From Macrostomum lignano (lineage: Eukaryota): a stretch of 64,000 bases of DNA. Positions within the stretch are counted from its first letter, which is position 1; every line of letters starts with the position of its first letter. A program made the position numbers and the translations under genes. The notes under the pieces are model-generated. The model saw only the letters and a program-made list of their open reading frames with translations. It had not been told where the DNA came from and searched no databases. Positions 1 to 11,704 of this stretch are shown one piece after another. The stretch is taken from contig NIVC01000330.1 in the NCBI GenBank assembly GCA_002269645.1, positions 310,001 to 374,000 on the forward strand. The letters run 5' to 3'.

Positions 1-96
1 ACAGAGGGAGACAGACACAGACAGAGGGAGACAGACACAGACAGTGGGAGACAGACACAGACAGAGGGAGACAGACACATACAGAGGGAGACAGAA
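1..96. repeat. 20-bp minisatellite (ACAGAGGGAGACAGACACAG)
   Basis: Tandem copies visible. Confidence 0.9.
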
Positions 97-497
97 AGTG
101 AGCAGGAGCAGAGGTGGTGAGTGGGAGAGGAACAGGAGAGCTCGTTAAGAACGCAGGATGAGAGGAGAGAGGTTACCTTGTATAGTGGTCAATTACGAGG
201 TCAAATTAGGTGAGTAATTTCGATACACTCAGAGAGTAGCACATTACACCCAAGCTACAAATTCCCTCTGCAGCAAGATACGAGCTGAGTGAATTTATTG
301 ACTCCGCTAAAACGCTCGGACAGAAACACTTTGAACCCTCAATAAAAGCCTGTTCCATGCAGTGTCTCCTGTGTGCCAGTCAATCTGGTTAGAAACTGAC
401 GCATCTCCGATGCTACGAGCTAAATTATTGATTTCCTGAAACATTTAGCAGATTGCAAGATTAGAAAGTTTCCTTTCGACAGAATTTTATTACAGTT

Positions 498-528
<31 letters not shown>

Positions 529-719
529 TCTGTCTTTAATTCCTTGGAGACAAGCGAAATTAAGCAGCTTTTATTGCGATGTCCATTAGGCCGAAGCTCG
601 AATGAATTTTGACTGGGAGAAAAAGAAGTGACAGTCTAAAATCTAGAAATAAAATTCGTACCTTAAGCCAACTAAAATAGAACTGAGTTCAATAGCATTC
701 AACCTGCCCGCCGCCTCAG

Positions 720-853
720 GCGCTCCATGCCTCTTCACCGGCATCTGGGTGGCGCTGCGGCTCCGGCTGGACAATCGGGAGTGCTGGCGCAAGTACATGC
801 CGATGGGCGCTGACATCTGGCTGGTGAACGTCTACCTCTGCCTGCTCGTGTTC
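720..853 (+). CDS. Class B (secretin-family) GPCR, internal exon (TM4-ECL2-TM5)
   Basis: cag|GC GCT CCA... translates (G)APCLFTGIWVALRLRLDNRECWRKYMPMGADIWLVNVYLCLLVF, then |gtgagt. Shows the class B GxP..W..R..CW pattern; phases 1/0 fit the following exons. Confidence 0.9.
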
Positions 854-881
854 GTGAGTGCCCGGCTGCTGATGAGGGTCG

Positions 882-925
<44 letters not shown>

Positions 926-968
926 GGCAGACAGACAGACAGACAGGCAGACAGACAGACAGACAGAC

Positions 969-1009
<41 letters not shown>

Positions 1010-1010
1010 C
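882..1010. repeat. (GACA)n microsatellite in GPCR intron
   Basis: Direct inspection. Confidence 0.95.
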
Positions 1011-1331
1011 ATTGATAGAAAATGGTAAACTGTAATAAAGTACTAAAGTTCCCATGTACTAACGGTTCGCTTAGGTGAGGTGAGCACTAATTAATTAGAA
1101 AATCTGATTAAATAAATCTACTAATCTGATAGAGATTGACAAGCTCAAAACCTTCCTTACACTGACATTTTCGAATTACTTTTCAACAGAAAAAGATCTG
1201 ACAACTTTTAAAAAAATCGCAACTTGCCTCAGCAAAGTGTAATCCTTCGCGCGAGATGTTTCTACCTGTTTAGCTCGTGCAGCGCCCCGGACACCATCTG
1301 CAGATTCAATTCAATGTTCAATCTCCCGCAG

Positions 1332-1423
1332 GTGAACGCCGGCCTGTTCGCCCGAATAGTTCGCGAGCTGTTTGTTAAAATGAGGAACCAACCGCTGAGC
1401 AGCGCTGCGACGCAGAATTATCG
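1332..1423 (+). CDS. Class B GPCR exon (TM5 end-ICL3)
   Basis: cag|VNAGLFARIVRELFVKMRNQPLSSAATQNY(R)|gtgaga; matches the class B vN..f..IvR.L..K motif; phase 0/2. Confidence 0.9.
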
Positions 1424-1593
1424 GTGAGAAGCCCAGCCTCTGCGTTTGCGACATCATTCAATTCTTAGAATTTGATTGAAAATTCCCCATCACTTTGCAC
1501 TTTCGATGACAATTTGAAGTCAGTTTGTGTTTATTTTCTTTTCAAGATGTTCTCACAAGTTTTTCGATTTTCGATCTTGAAAAATACTGCTGT

Positions 1594-1980
1594 ACAGAGT
1601 GACAGAGTCACGGAGTGACAAAGTGACGGAGAGACAGAGTGACGGAGTGACGGAGTGACGGAGAGACAGAGTGACGGAGTGACGGGGTGACAAAGTGATG
1701 GAGAGACAGAGTGACGGAGTGACGGAGTGACGAAGTGACGGAGTGATCGAGTGACAGGGAGACAAAGTGATGGAGAGACAGAGTGAGAGTGACAGAGTGA
1801 CAGAGGGACAGAGTGATAGAGTGATGGAGTGACAAAGTGATGGAGAGACAGAATGAGAGTGACAGAGTGACAGAGTGACAGAGTGATGGAGTGACAAAGT
1901 GATGGAGAGACAGAGTGACAGTGACAGAGGGACAAAAAGATAGAGTGACAGTAATGGAGTGACAGAGCAACATAGTGACG
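1594..1980. repeat. GTGAC(G/A)GA-based 8-bp repeat
   Basis: Direct inspection; a second block lies at about 2204-2450. Confidence 0.9.
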
Positions 1981-2006
1981 GAGTCCTTCGAACTGTCTCA
2001 TTCCAG

Positions 2007-2157
2007 GAAACTGTGGAAATCGACCTCCGTGCTGGTGATTGTGTTCGGCATTTACTATCTCATTTTTCTGCCTCTATCGGTCATACCGAAAGACAAGCTT
2101 GGAGCAACGCTAGACTACATTAAGCTGGCCTATGAGCACTTTTTCAATTCGTTCCAG
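2007..2157 (+). CDS. Class B GPCR exon (TM6-ECL3-TM7)
   Basis: cag|(R)KLWKSTSVLVIVFGIYYLIFLPLSVIPKDKLGATLDYIKLAYEHFFNSFQ|gtaaga; KST..L...FG and NSFQ motifs; phase 2/0. Confidence 0.92.
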
Positions 2158-3568
2158 GTAAGAAATTACCATCCTGTGGTGACTGGGAGAAAAATATTCC
2201 GAGAGTGACGGGGGAAAGAGTGACGGAATGACAGAGTGATAGAGCGACAGAGTGACGGAGTGACGGAGTGACAGAATTAAAAGTGACAACGTGAAAATGT
2301 GATAGAGTGACAAAGTGATGGAATGACAGAGTGACGGAGTGACAAAGTGACGGAGTGACAGAGTGACAGATTGATAAGTGACAGTGAGGTAGTAAAGACT
2401 GAGATTGTGACAAAGTGGGAGTTACAGAGCGACAGTGATAGCGTGACGGTGAGAACGTGAGACAGGTTGAGGGTAGCATCATGAAGGAAGACTGCATAAA
2501 AGCTGGAATGCGAAACCGATACTATTGAAAGCTACGAGATGATAAGCCGGACGGGCAGCAGACAAAAATGAAAAACTGACGCAAACAGTAAAAATGTGTG
2601 AAAATGTAAGCGAGCTGATAAAAGAAACCTGGCTAGGACCCGAGACAGACAGACGGAGTGCGGAGAGAGACGGATCAGACAGAGAGACAAGGCATTACCC
2701 CCCATGGGCCACTGGCCAGTGGAATGTGCAAGCTCAATCCCTTCTCCCCGCCCCTTTGTCGTCGCGTGCAAACGGAGTTTTGCTACCGCCATGCGATCCT
2801 TGTCGGCTCTGCAGGGGTGAGAAGGGAGGAGGTGGGGGCGGAGAAAGCTGGTGGCAACTGCGGGAGTCACGCAAAGGCGGAACGCGACATACATAGAAAT
2901 GGCATGGCTCCGAGGTTTTCTTGCATCTCTTTTAGAAGCGTTCCAGTGCGAAGCTTCCGGTCTCCAACACGAAGTGGGCGGGCCTCGCGCAGAAAGACGG
3001 AGTTGTCGAATTGGGAAGGGATCCTAATCTCCATGTTAGTAATGGGATATCTCAGCACTCTTAGGTACGCAAAAGTATATCGATACCCCAGAGAGTTACG
3101 TTTGAGCGATACCCGGGTCTAAAATCAATATGGCTTTTTTTGCAGTCTGCAGGGAGACGACTGCAGCGTCCAGTCTCTTTCTACCGATATTTAATTGACA
3201 TGACCGTCTTGACGTTTAACTTCGTCCATTCCGTCCAAGGCTTGCATGACTAGGCTGTGCACCCCATCACTGATCTTTATCCACCTTCCCAGCTTATATT
3301 GTCGCTGATTTTAAGGTTAAAAAGCGATGGTTAAGTGTTTAGCAGTCATGAGAGGACTGAGTCAATGCTCCAAAGATTAAGTAAGTCTTTGCTCGCCAGT
3401 GACACTTTTTGGCCATTGACTGTGGGCAGCAGTTGTCTTGAGTGTAGCGCTCTGTCACTCTAGATTAAGTCACCTGCTCCTAAGCTCAAACTGACTGCAA
3501 AAAGCTTATGTTTAAAACGAACACTCAAATTACAAATGAGTAATGCGAACAAGCTCTGCATAATTTAG

Positions 3569-3811
3569 GGATTCTTCGTGTCCCTGCTGTTCTGCTTTGT
3601 GAATTCTGACGTGCTCAAGGAGCTCAAGCGGCACCTGCTAGAGACCAAGCTGGGCCGGAGGCTCAAAAGGCGCGGCTTCATTCGGCCGCCGCAGGACGTC
3701 TACGGCTTGGAGCCCGAGACACGGAGGGCCAATCGGCGAGCCAGGGCGAGGGCCAGCAATGGAGTGAGTTCACCTGATTGCAGATGCGAGATGGAAACAC
3801 GAAAATTTTAA
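3569..3811 (+). CDS. Class B GPCR probable last exon (TM7, helix 8, C-tail)
   Basis: tag|GFFVSLLFCFVNSDVLKELKRHLL...ETRKF*; matches SFQGFFV..FCF.N.(E/D)V. A possible alternative donor (gtgagt) lies at 3774. Confidence 0.88.
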   Translation, partial: GFFVSLLFCFVNSDVLKELKRHLLETKLGRRLKRRGFIRPPQDVYGLEPETRRANRRARARASNGVSSPDCRCEMETRKF

Positions 3812-4109
3812 GGTTGATTATTGAGTCATGAATAAAGAACGCTTCGTACTTTAAGCTGCAACCACTTTCGCGAATACATTCCAGGTAGATGAACAATCTT
3901 TGCAGCTGAAGACGCGCTGCAGTGCTACTGAGCTAAACTAATCAAAGAGGTGTCTGATCAGTATGAATGAAGACAAACTCGTAAGCTGCAGCGACATTCT
4001 TGTATCAAACAGCTCTTGGGTATCACAAGCATGTGAGAATGCGTGAAGCAGACTGATTGATTTAAATGAAAAATTAAGTTATTGGTATCAAAACGCTGGT
4101 CAATGTACC

Positions 4110-4490
4110 TCACTCCCTGCCCCTACCCAGCCACCTCACTCCCTGCCCCTCCCCAACCCAACCTCACACACAGCCCCCAAACCTCGCACCACTGCAGCCA
4201 CCTCACTCCCTGCCCTCAAACCCCTCACCACTGCAGCCACCTCACTCCCTGTCCCAAACCCCTAACCACTGCAGCCACCTCACTCCCTGCCCTCAAACCC
4301 CTCACCACTGCAGCCACCTCACTCCCTGTCCCAAACCCCTAACCACTGCAGCCACCTCACTCCCTGCCCCAAACCCCGCACCACTGCAGCCACCTCACTC
4401 CCTGTCCCAAACCCCTACCACTGCAGCCACCTCACTCCCTGCCCTCAAACCCCGCACCACTGCAGCCACCTCACTCCCTGCCCTTCCCAG
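4110..4490. repeat. ~37-bp minisatellite (CCACTGCAGCCACCTCACTCCCTG...)
   Basis: Tandem copies visible. Confidence 0.9.
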
Positions 4491-5149
4491 CCTCAAGCAT
4501 TCAGCTACCTCACCTCTGATGATTACGTTCGTACGATGTCAACTTAATTTCAAAGCACGCACTTTTGCAGAGACCTTGCCTATTGCTGCAATATTCTAGT
4601 GCTTAGAAGCTACATTCGTCCCATACAAATTTTCAAACACTCGTAGCAGTAAGCTATGCATAATGCGAACTTGCAAATAAAAAAAGCACTATGTGTATTT
4701 AAATGCGCCCTTTTAAATTTCGCATCAAAACTTGCCGAAAAGATTGACGTCTGCTTATCTGTTTAGTGCGACCGCTATGATCAATGATGAAGTTTTTGTC
4801 TTTTTTCCCTCGCTTTTGTGTCCCGTCTTTAATTAGCATCGCAGACTGTCTGTTCAGCTTGAACGCATTGTTAAAACAACGCGCTTAGTTTTTTAGTTTC
4901 ATTGCATTTGCCCGTCGGCTGACTAGCACGCGGAACCAGAGTATGCTGACCCTTCATCGCATCTGAACGCAACGAAATATTGAAAAGATTACTCTTAATT
5001 TGTGTCTATAATAGAAGTTTTAAAAGACCAAGTAGCAAGTTTTGTTTTGGACATGGCCAATTATAACTTATTGGAATTAAATGCTGCACAGTTTTAACTG
5101 CTTTGCGCCAGGCCCGAGAAGGGAGCAAGAGAGTATGTTGGGGGATGAG

Positions 5150-5880
5150 AAAGGAGAGTGAGAAAGAGTTGGGGGATGAGACAGGAGAGTGAGAAAGAGG
5201 GTGACAGGGAGAGAAGGGAGACAGGGGAGCGAGATGAATACAGGGAGAGAAGGGAGACAAGAAGAGAGGGAGAGAGGAGAGAGGAGAGAAAAAAGAAGAG
5301 AGGGGGAGAGAGGAGACAGGAGACAGAGGGAAAGAGGAGAAGAGAAGAGAGAGAGGAGAGAGGAGAGAGGAGAGAGAGAGAAGAGAGAGAGGAGAGAGGA
5401 GAGAGAGGAGAGAGGAGAGAGAGGAGAGAGAGGAGAGAGAGGAGAGAGGAGAGAGAGAAGAGAGAGAGGAGAGAGGAGAGAGAGGAGAGAGGAGAGAGGA
5501 GAGAGAGGAGAGAGAGGAGAGAGAGGAGAGAGGAGAGAGAGAAAGAGAGAGGAGAGAGAGAGGAGAGAGGAGAGAGGAGAGAGGAGAGAGAGGAGAGAGA
5601 GGAGAGAGAGGAGAGAGGAGAGAGAAGAGAGAGAGAGGAAAGAGAGAGGAGAGAGGAGAGAGAGAGGAGAGAGAGGAAAGAGAGAGGAGAGAGGAGAGAG
5701 AGAGAGGAGAGAGGAGAGAGAGAAGAGAGAGAGAGGAGAGAGAGAGGAGAGAGAGGAGAGAGAGAGGAGAGAGGAGAGAGAGAGAGGAGAGAGGAGAGAG
5801 AGAGAGAGAGAGGAGAGAGAGAGGAGAGAGGAGAGAGAGAGAGAGAGGAGAGAGGAGAGAGAGAGGAGAGAGGAGAGAGA
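5150..5880. repeat. Polypurine GA-rich satellite
   Basis: About 700 bp almost entirely G/A. Confidence 0.95.
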
Positions 5881-6237
5881 AGTCTGGACAGAAACAAGTT
5901 AAGAAGGAACAGTCAATCAATCTGGTGGATCAGTGATACCTTAAAAACATACCTTTCTTTCTAATTGGCTTCTTTGATAGAAGCCGTACCGTGGTGCAGT
6001 CTTGATTTATTATCTCTTTGGGAGTCTAAACACGCTATTGCTACCGTATCTGTCTCCGGGGGCAACCCTGTCTGCTGATTGCAAATTTCACCTGTCGATC
6101 AGAGATGCTTGTATACTGCGAGCGATTCGTGATAATTAGACTGGAAAAACTCATTGGCTCAGGGGTTAGTTATGAGCATTTTTTTTACATGATTAAGCCA
6201 TGAGTTTTGCACCGTGACTCTCACTGCCATTGTGATG

Positions 6238-7210
6238 CTCTCACTGTCGCTGTAACTAAGAACCTAACACTGTAGTTTTCATAGTTAAAGTGGCTCAATG
6301 ACCCTCTTTCTGTCGCTATGACCCTCTTTCTGTCGCTATGACCCTAATAATGTCGTTATGACCGTAATACTGTCGGTAGGACCCTTATATTTTCGCTATG
6401 ACCCTCTTTCTGTTGCTATGACCCTCTTTCTGTCGCTATGACCCTCTTTCTGTCTCTATGACCCTCGTTCTGTCGCTATGACCCTAATAATATCGTTATG
6501 ACCGTAATACTGTCGTTATGACCCTAAATACTGTCGCTATGACCCCAATACTGTCGCTATTACCCTAATAATGTCGTTATGACCCTAATACTGTCGCTAT
6601 TACCCTAATAATGTCGTTATGACCCTAAATACTGTCGCTATGACCCTAATACTGTCGCTATGACCATAATAATGTCGTTATGACCCTAATACTGTCGTTA
6701 TGACCCTAATACTGTCGCTATGACCCTAATACTGTCGCTATGACCCTAATACTGTCGCTATGACCCTAATACTGTCGCTATGACCCTAATACTGTCGCTA
6801 TGACCCTATTACCACTATCGGTATGACCCTAATACTATTGCTGTGACCATAATACAATTGGTATGAGCCTAATAATATCGTTTTGAGCCTAATACTATTG
6901 CTATGACCCTAATACTGTCGCTATGACCCTAATACTGTCGCTATGACTCTAATACTGTCGCTATGACCCTAATACTGTCGCTATGACCCTAATACTGTCG
7001 CTATGACCCTATTACCACTATCGGTATGACCCTAATACTATTGCTGTGACCATAATACAATTGGTATGAGCCTAATAATATCGTTTTGAGCCTAATACTA
7101 TTGCTATGACCCTAATACTGTCGCTATGACCCTAATACTGTCGCTATGACCCTAATCTATCGCTATGACCCTAATACTGTCGCTATAACCCTAATACTGT
7201 CGCTATGACA
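6238..7210. repeat. 20-bp minisatellite (ATGACCCTAATACTGTCGCT)
   Basis: Tandem copies visible. Confidence 0.95.
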
Positions 7211-7884
7211 TCTTACTATCACTACTTACAATTCTGCCATGACGCAGCTCATAGCCATAGAAAATGTAATGAGTATTCTGTGCAACAAAGTTAAACTCTC
7301 ATCGTATTTGTAATTTAAACAAATAGTTCGTCACTCACAAAGGAAGCTAGATTGAAGTCACGTGCTTTTTGGAGAATATATTAAAATTCAACGCGAGCGG
7401 GAATTTCAGTCAGGAATTAAAATATGTTAAGTAAAAAGATAAGGGAAATGAGTCACAATGGCTGACAACAGATGAATAACAATGAATATAAATATCCATT
7501 CATATTGGAGTTTGCCAGCGCGGTCTTGACTCTCGGCTGTCAGTTGTCGGTTGGTCAAGTTCAGAACTGGGGCATTTTCTGTAGCCTGCGGGATTTCGGA
7601 GGCAGATGGTGACTATCCATCTGTGTACTTTTTTTCGTACCCATACTGAATGACTGGTGGGATCGCCTATTTCCCCATTTGACATTTGGAATTCAATAAT
7701 AAATACTAGATGTGTATCTGGGGATCTGATCGACAGTAAGGAATATAAATGTTGATAATAGCTAGTGCATGCAACTGTATCGTCTGCCCAGATTAACCAT
7801 CAGTCTAGCTGTAGATGTCTTTGTGTCACAGTTGTGTAAGATCGTATACAGTGAGCTAAGCTGCTAGACTAGATTGGCTGATAT

Positions 7885-8352
7885 TAGCTAGTTGAGTGGC
7901 TGATATTAGATAGTTGAGTGTGTAATAAGCTAGTTGAGTGGGTGATAAGCTTGTTGAGTGGGTGATAAGCTTGTTTGAGTGGGTGATAAGCTAGTTGAGT
8001 GGGTGATAAGCTTGTTGAGTGGGTGATAAGCTAGTTGAGTGGGTGATAAGCTTGTTGAGTGGGTGATAAGCTTGTTGAGTGGGTGATAAGCTAGTTGAGT
8101 GGGTGATAAGCTTGTTGAGTGGGTGATAAGCTTGTTTGAGTGGGTGATAAGCTAGTTGAGTGGGTGATAAGCTTGTTGAGTGGGTGATAAGCTAGTTGAG
8201 TGGGTGATAAGCTAGTTGAGTGGGTGATAAGCTTGTTGAGTGGGTGATAAGCTAGTTGAGTGAGTGATAAGCTTGTTGAGTGGGTGATAGGCTTGTTTGA
8301 GTGGGGGATAAACTATTGTAGTTAAATGGGTGATTAGTTGAGTGGGTGATAA
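7885..8352. repeat. 20-bp minisatellite (GAGTGGGTGATAAGCT(T/A)GTT)
   Basis: Tandem copies visible. Confidence 0.95.
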
Positions 8353-8459
8353 GCTGATAAGCTGAAATTTAAGACCAGAATTCGGATCCTTATTAATACA
8401 ATAGATTATGTTTATTGATACACCCGGGTTCTTCATCAAACATCAGAAGCATATTATTC

Positions 8460-8740
8460 TTACACAAGCTCCGGGTTGCTCAGAGGACCAAACAACTCGA
8501 CAACAGAATCTGCTGATCCCGAGAGCGCATCTTGGAGACCCTGGGAGCTGATGCTGCTGAGGCTGGCATTGCTGCTGGTGTCGCTGCTGCTGCAGCTGCT
8601 GCTGTCGTCGCTGCTGGTCAGGCCAGTGGAGTGGTGATTGAAGTTCTTCTGCAGTCGGCCTCTGCCGGATTTGCCTCCCATGCCAACATCGACACCGACT
8701 GTGGTGCAGCCTGGGCAGCCCAGCTTGCTGACTGGACGGT
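8460..8740 (-). CDS. Gene X exon 8 (Ser-rich, terminal)
   Basis: ctccag|(Y)RPVSKLGCPGCTTVGVDVGMGGKSG...SNPELV*. The eight exons sum to 3372 nt, an intact 1123-aa frame. Confidence 0.8.
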
Positions 8741-8852
8741 CTGGAGATGAGATTATAGGTGAACAGTAGGCAGATGGTCGCCCTCAATGACTTTATCTTT
8801 CACCGACTTCTCCAGTGACTCCTAAGCCACTTTGAGCTTATTAGTAACCTTG

Positions 8853-9541
8853 AAACTTTTCTCTAGTTCTCTAGTGACCTTGAAAGTTCAAATAAGTTCT
8901 CTAGAGACCTTTAAACTTGAAACAAGTTCTCTAGTGACCTTGAAACTTGAAACAAGTTCTCTAGTGACCTTGAAACTTGTTCGAGTTGAAAAGTGACCTT
9001 GAAGCTTTCCTCTATTTCTCAAGTGACCTTGAAACTTTCCTCTAGTTCACTAGTGACCTTGAAACTTGTTCGAGTTGAATAGTGACCTTGGAGCTTTCCT
9101 CTACTCGTAGTTCTCTAGTGACCTTGGAACTTTCCTCTAGTTTTCCAGTGACCTTGAAACTTGTTCGAGCTGATTAGTGACCTTGTAGCTTTCCGCCTAG
9201 TTCTTTAGTGACCTTGAAACTTGTTCGAGTTGAATAATGACCTTGAAATATTCCTCTAATTCTCCAGTGACCTTGAAACTTGTTCGAGTTGATTAATGAC
9301 CTTGAAGCTTTCCTCTAGTTCTCCAGTGACCTTGAAACTTTCCTCTACTTCTCTAGTGACCTTGAAACTTGTTCGAGTTGATTAGTGACCTTGGAGCTTT
9401 CCTCAAGTTCCCTAGTGACCTTGAAACTTGTTCGAGTTGAGTAGTGACCTTATAGCTTTTCTCTAGTTCTCTAGTGACCTTGAAGAAACTTTCCTCTACT
9501 TCTCTCTAGTGACCTTGAAACTTGTTTGAGTTGAATAGTGT
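8853..9541. repeat. 29/30-bp two-variant minisatellite (AGTGACCTTGAAACTT...)
   Basis: Alternating unit types inside a gene X intron. Confidence 0.9.
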
Positions 9542-9764
9542 CCATGGACCTTTCTGCACTATAAAAGTGACTTTAAACCTTTAACGACTGCAGTTCTCGA
9601 GTGAAGGACCATTTATTTCCTATTTTTTCTTGTGCTTTTAATTTATATTCAAACTAAAGCCTTCTTTGCATTCATTTATTGTAATCGAAACTTTCTTCAG
9701 TAACTTGGAAAATTTCCTCAGTGTCTTTCGTTGACAAAAATACAGTAAAATCCAATTGACTCAC

Positions 9765-10142
9765 ACAACAGGGGCAGGGCTGAGCAGCCATAGCTTTCAG
9801 AGTCTCCCAGCGCCACCCGACCGCTCGCGCTTTCCTCATCAATTTTTTCTGAGCCGCCACTTTCACAGCAATCTTTTTGTCTGTCGTCAGCGCTGCCGGC
9901 CACTCCGACCTCGCCGCAGTCGCTGCTGCAGCAGCACTGATGCTGCTGAAACTGACAGCGGCATGACTCCTTGATTGACTGGCCGGTCTCGCGGCTCGGA
10001 GAAGCGGTCGAAGGCGCGGCGGCTACCGAGGATACAGCGGGCAGTCTGGCTTTGTTGACGTCTGCGGAGTTGTTGACAGGCGCCCGGGCGCGCTGCGGCC
10101 TGTCGGACTGTCGCCTATCGTTTCTGCTGTCCTTCTCTTTTT
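9765..10142 (-). CDS. Gene X exon 7
   Basis: ttttgcag|(E)KEKDSRNDRRQ...CRCQFQQHQCCCSSDCGEV...SALPLL|gtgagt; phase 1/1. Confidence 0.82.
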
Positions 10143-10229
10143 CTGCAAAAGAGAATTTGAGTTGGTTTCTAAAATCCAGTAAGGCACCTCAGAATAAAAA
10201 ACAAAACACAGCCACTCTCAGTCCCTCAC

Positions 10230-10394
10230 CTGCAAGTTTGTTCACAAGTCCAGCAATTGATGCCTCAAATTCACCGAGGGTCTGCCGAATCTGCCGTAGC
10301 AGAGTGCGTTCTCGAGCCTCTTGGTCTCTAGAGAGCAGGTCGCGCATGGTCGAAGAAACGACCTGAGCTAGTACGCTTTTCACTTCGCGCGGAT
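10230..10394 (-). CDS. Gene X exon 6 (helical/coiled-coil-like)
   Basis: ctgcag|(D)PREVKSVLAQVVSSTMRDLLSRDQEARERTLLRQIRQTLGEFEASIAGLVNKLA|gtgagg; phase 1/1. Confidence 0.85.
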
Positions 10395-10526
10395 CTGCAG
10401 TGCATGTTTTGGCAGAAAAGGAACTCGTAGAGTTTACTTCGCTATTTTACATTACACTCTACTCATAGTAGATATTCGAGTTTTTTTTCTTGCCATCAAA
10501 TAAATCGGAGCAGACACTGAACTCAC

Positions 10527-10703
10527 CCATCACAAGCAGAGGCCTGCCGGCGCTGGCACTGCGGCTACTGTGCTCAGTCCTCGATTCTTTGAGTTGCTGC
10601 TCCGGCTTTGCAGACTCCGCAGTCGCGTTATAGTCGTAGTCAGCGACATGCCACGGCAATTGCGTCTCAGCAATGAGGCTTCTATGCCTCTTGGCTGGCG
10701 AAG
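10527..10703 (-). CDS. Gene X exon 5
   Basis: cttttag|(A)SPAKRHRSLIAETQLPWHVADYDY...PLLVM|gtgagt; phase 1/1. Confidence 0.8.
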
Positions 10704-10800
10704 CTAAAAGTTTTATAAATACGTTTAGAGAACATTTTAGAATGAAGCTTTAGTCTAATTATATCCTATTATATTCTATTAGGGGGTTTTAGTCTAGTAA

Positions 10801-10897
10801 GGGGTTGTAGCCTAGTGGCTAGAGCGTCGGACACGAAGGTAGGAGGTTCGATTCCCTATTCCACTGGAACTATTTGTGTCCTTAAGCAAGACATTAA
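10801..10897 (+). mobile_element. tRNA-derived CORE-like SINE, 5' part
   Basis: A-box TAGCCTAGTGG, B-box GGTTCGATTCC, then TGTGTCCTTAAGCAAGACA (CORE-like). Confidence 0.75.
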
Positions 10898-10985
10898 CAT
10901 GTCAAAGACTCAAAGTCACGTGACACAATCTTGGTTTTCCTTCGGCGTAAAGATGTTATCACATGTAGAAATACTAGAAACTCAC

Positions 10986-11485
10986 CTCGCCGTTTCGACC
11001 TTCGATTAGATGAATAAATTTCTGTCTCGGCCGCGTCCGCTGCTGACCCTGCGGTTGATGGAGCTGCTTGAGGAACCGGCTGTTTCTGCTGCGGTTGCTG
11101 CTGCGGTTGTTGCGGTTGCCAAGTGGAGGCATCAGAGGTGGCGCTCGGTGGCAGGCTGGCGGTCAAGCGGCTGCTGGTCGGCGATGGTGCCCTGCCCAGC
11201 AGCCGGGGCATGACCCTCCCGATGCCGCTGAGCAATGAGCTGGCCATTGCGAGCTCCTGACCTTGAGCCACCGGCTGCGGTAGCCGCTGCTGCTGCTGAT
11301 GCGGCTGCTGCGACAGCTGCTGCTGCTGCTGATGATGATGTTCCTGACGCGTCTGTCGCTGCTGATGCCGCTGACGAGACGATGACGGTTGCTGCCGTTG
11401 GACATCCGCGGAGCAACGATTGTACTCCTGGTACAGCAGGCCGATGTCCAGGCTGTCAGCTGACTGCGCCAGGATTGTCGAGTTG
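10986..11485 (-). CDS. Gene X exon 4 (poly-Q/H rich); join to exon 3 inferred
   Basis: CTGAC branch-like motif, then aaaacag|(A)NSTILAQSADSLDIGLLYQEYNRCSADVQRQQ...HHHQQQQQ...SKRR|gtgag; phase 2/1 matches the exon 3 donor. Confidence 0.72.
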
Positions 11486-11704
11486 CTGTTTTATATGCAC
11501 CAAAATATTCGGTCAGCCTAGCGACTTGACGCAACTCCGGGTGATTTTTTAATTACATTTGACAGACGCAGTCACAAAGTCAAATTGACTTTCGGCCATA
11601 GACTGCGGGTACCATGCAGTAGCGGCTTTTGTTTATTCCATAATTTAGAAACTTAATTAAAAATTACACGAATCGAAGTATACTTTTTTTGCGTACGACA
11701 AAAG

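Noticed and set aside
186-209. 24-nt AG...GT micro-exon candidate upstream of the GPCR exons
   Set aside because: The translation (VNYEVKL) does not resemble class B TM4, which should end in GW.
3200-3500. Possible very old LINE RT remnant on the minus strand (PSLFNL-like)
   Set aside because: Only one weak motif among stops.
5006-5964. Long Leu/Ser and Arg/Glu ORFs
   Set aside because: Translations of the GA microsatellite.
6238-7210. Telomeric hexamer CCCTAA in each 20-bp unit
   Set aside because: Never tandem, so this is not an interstitial telomere.
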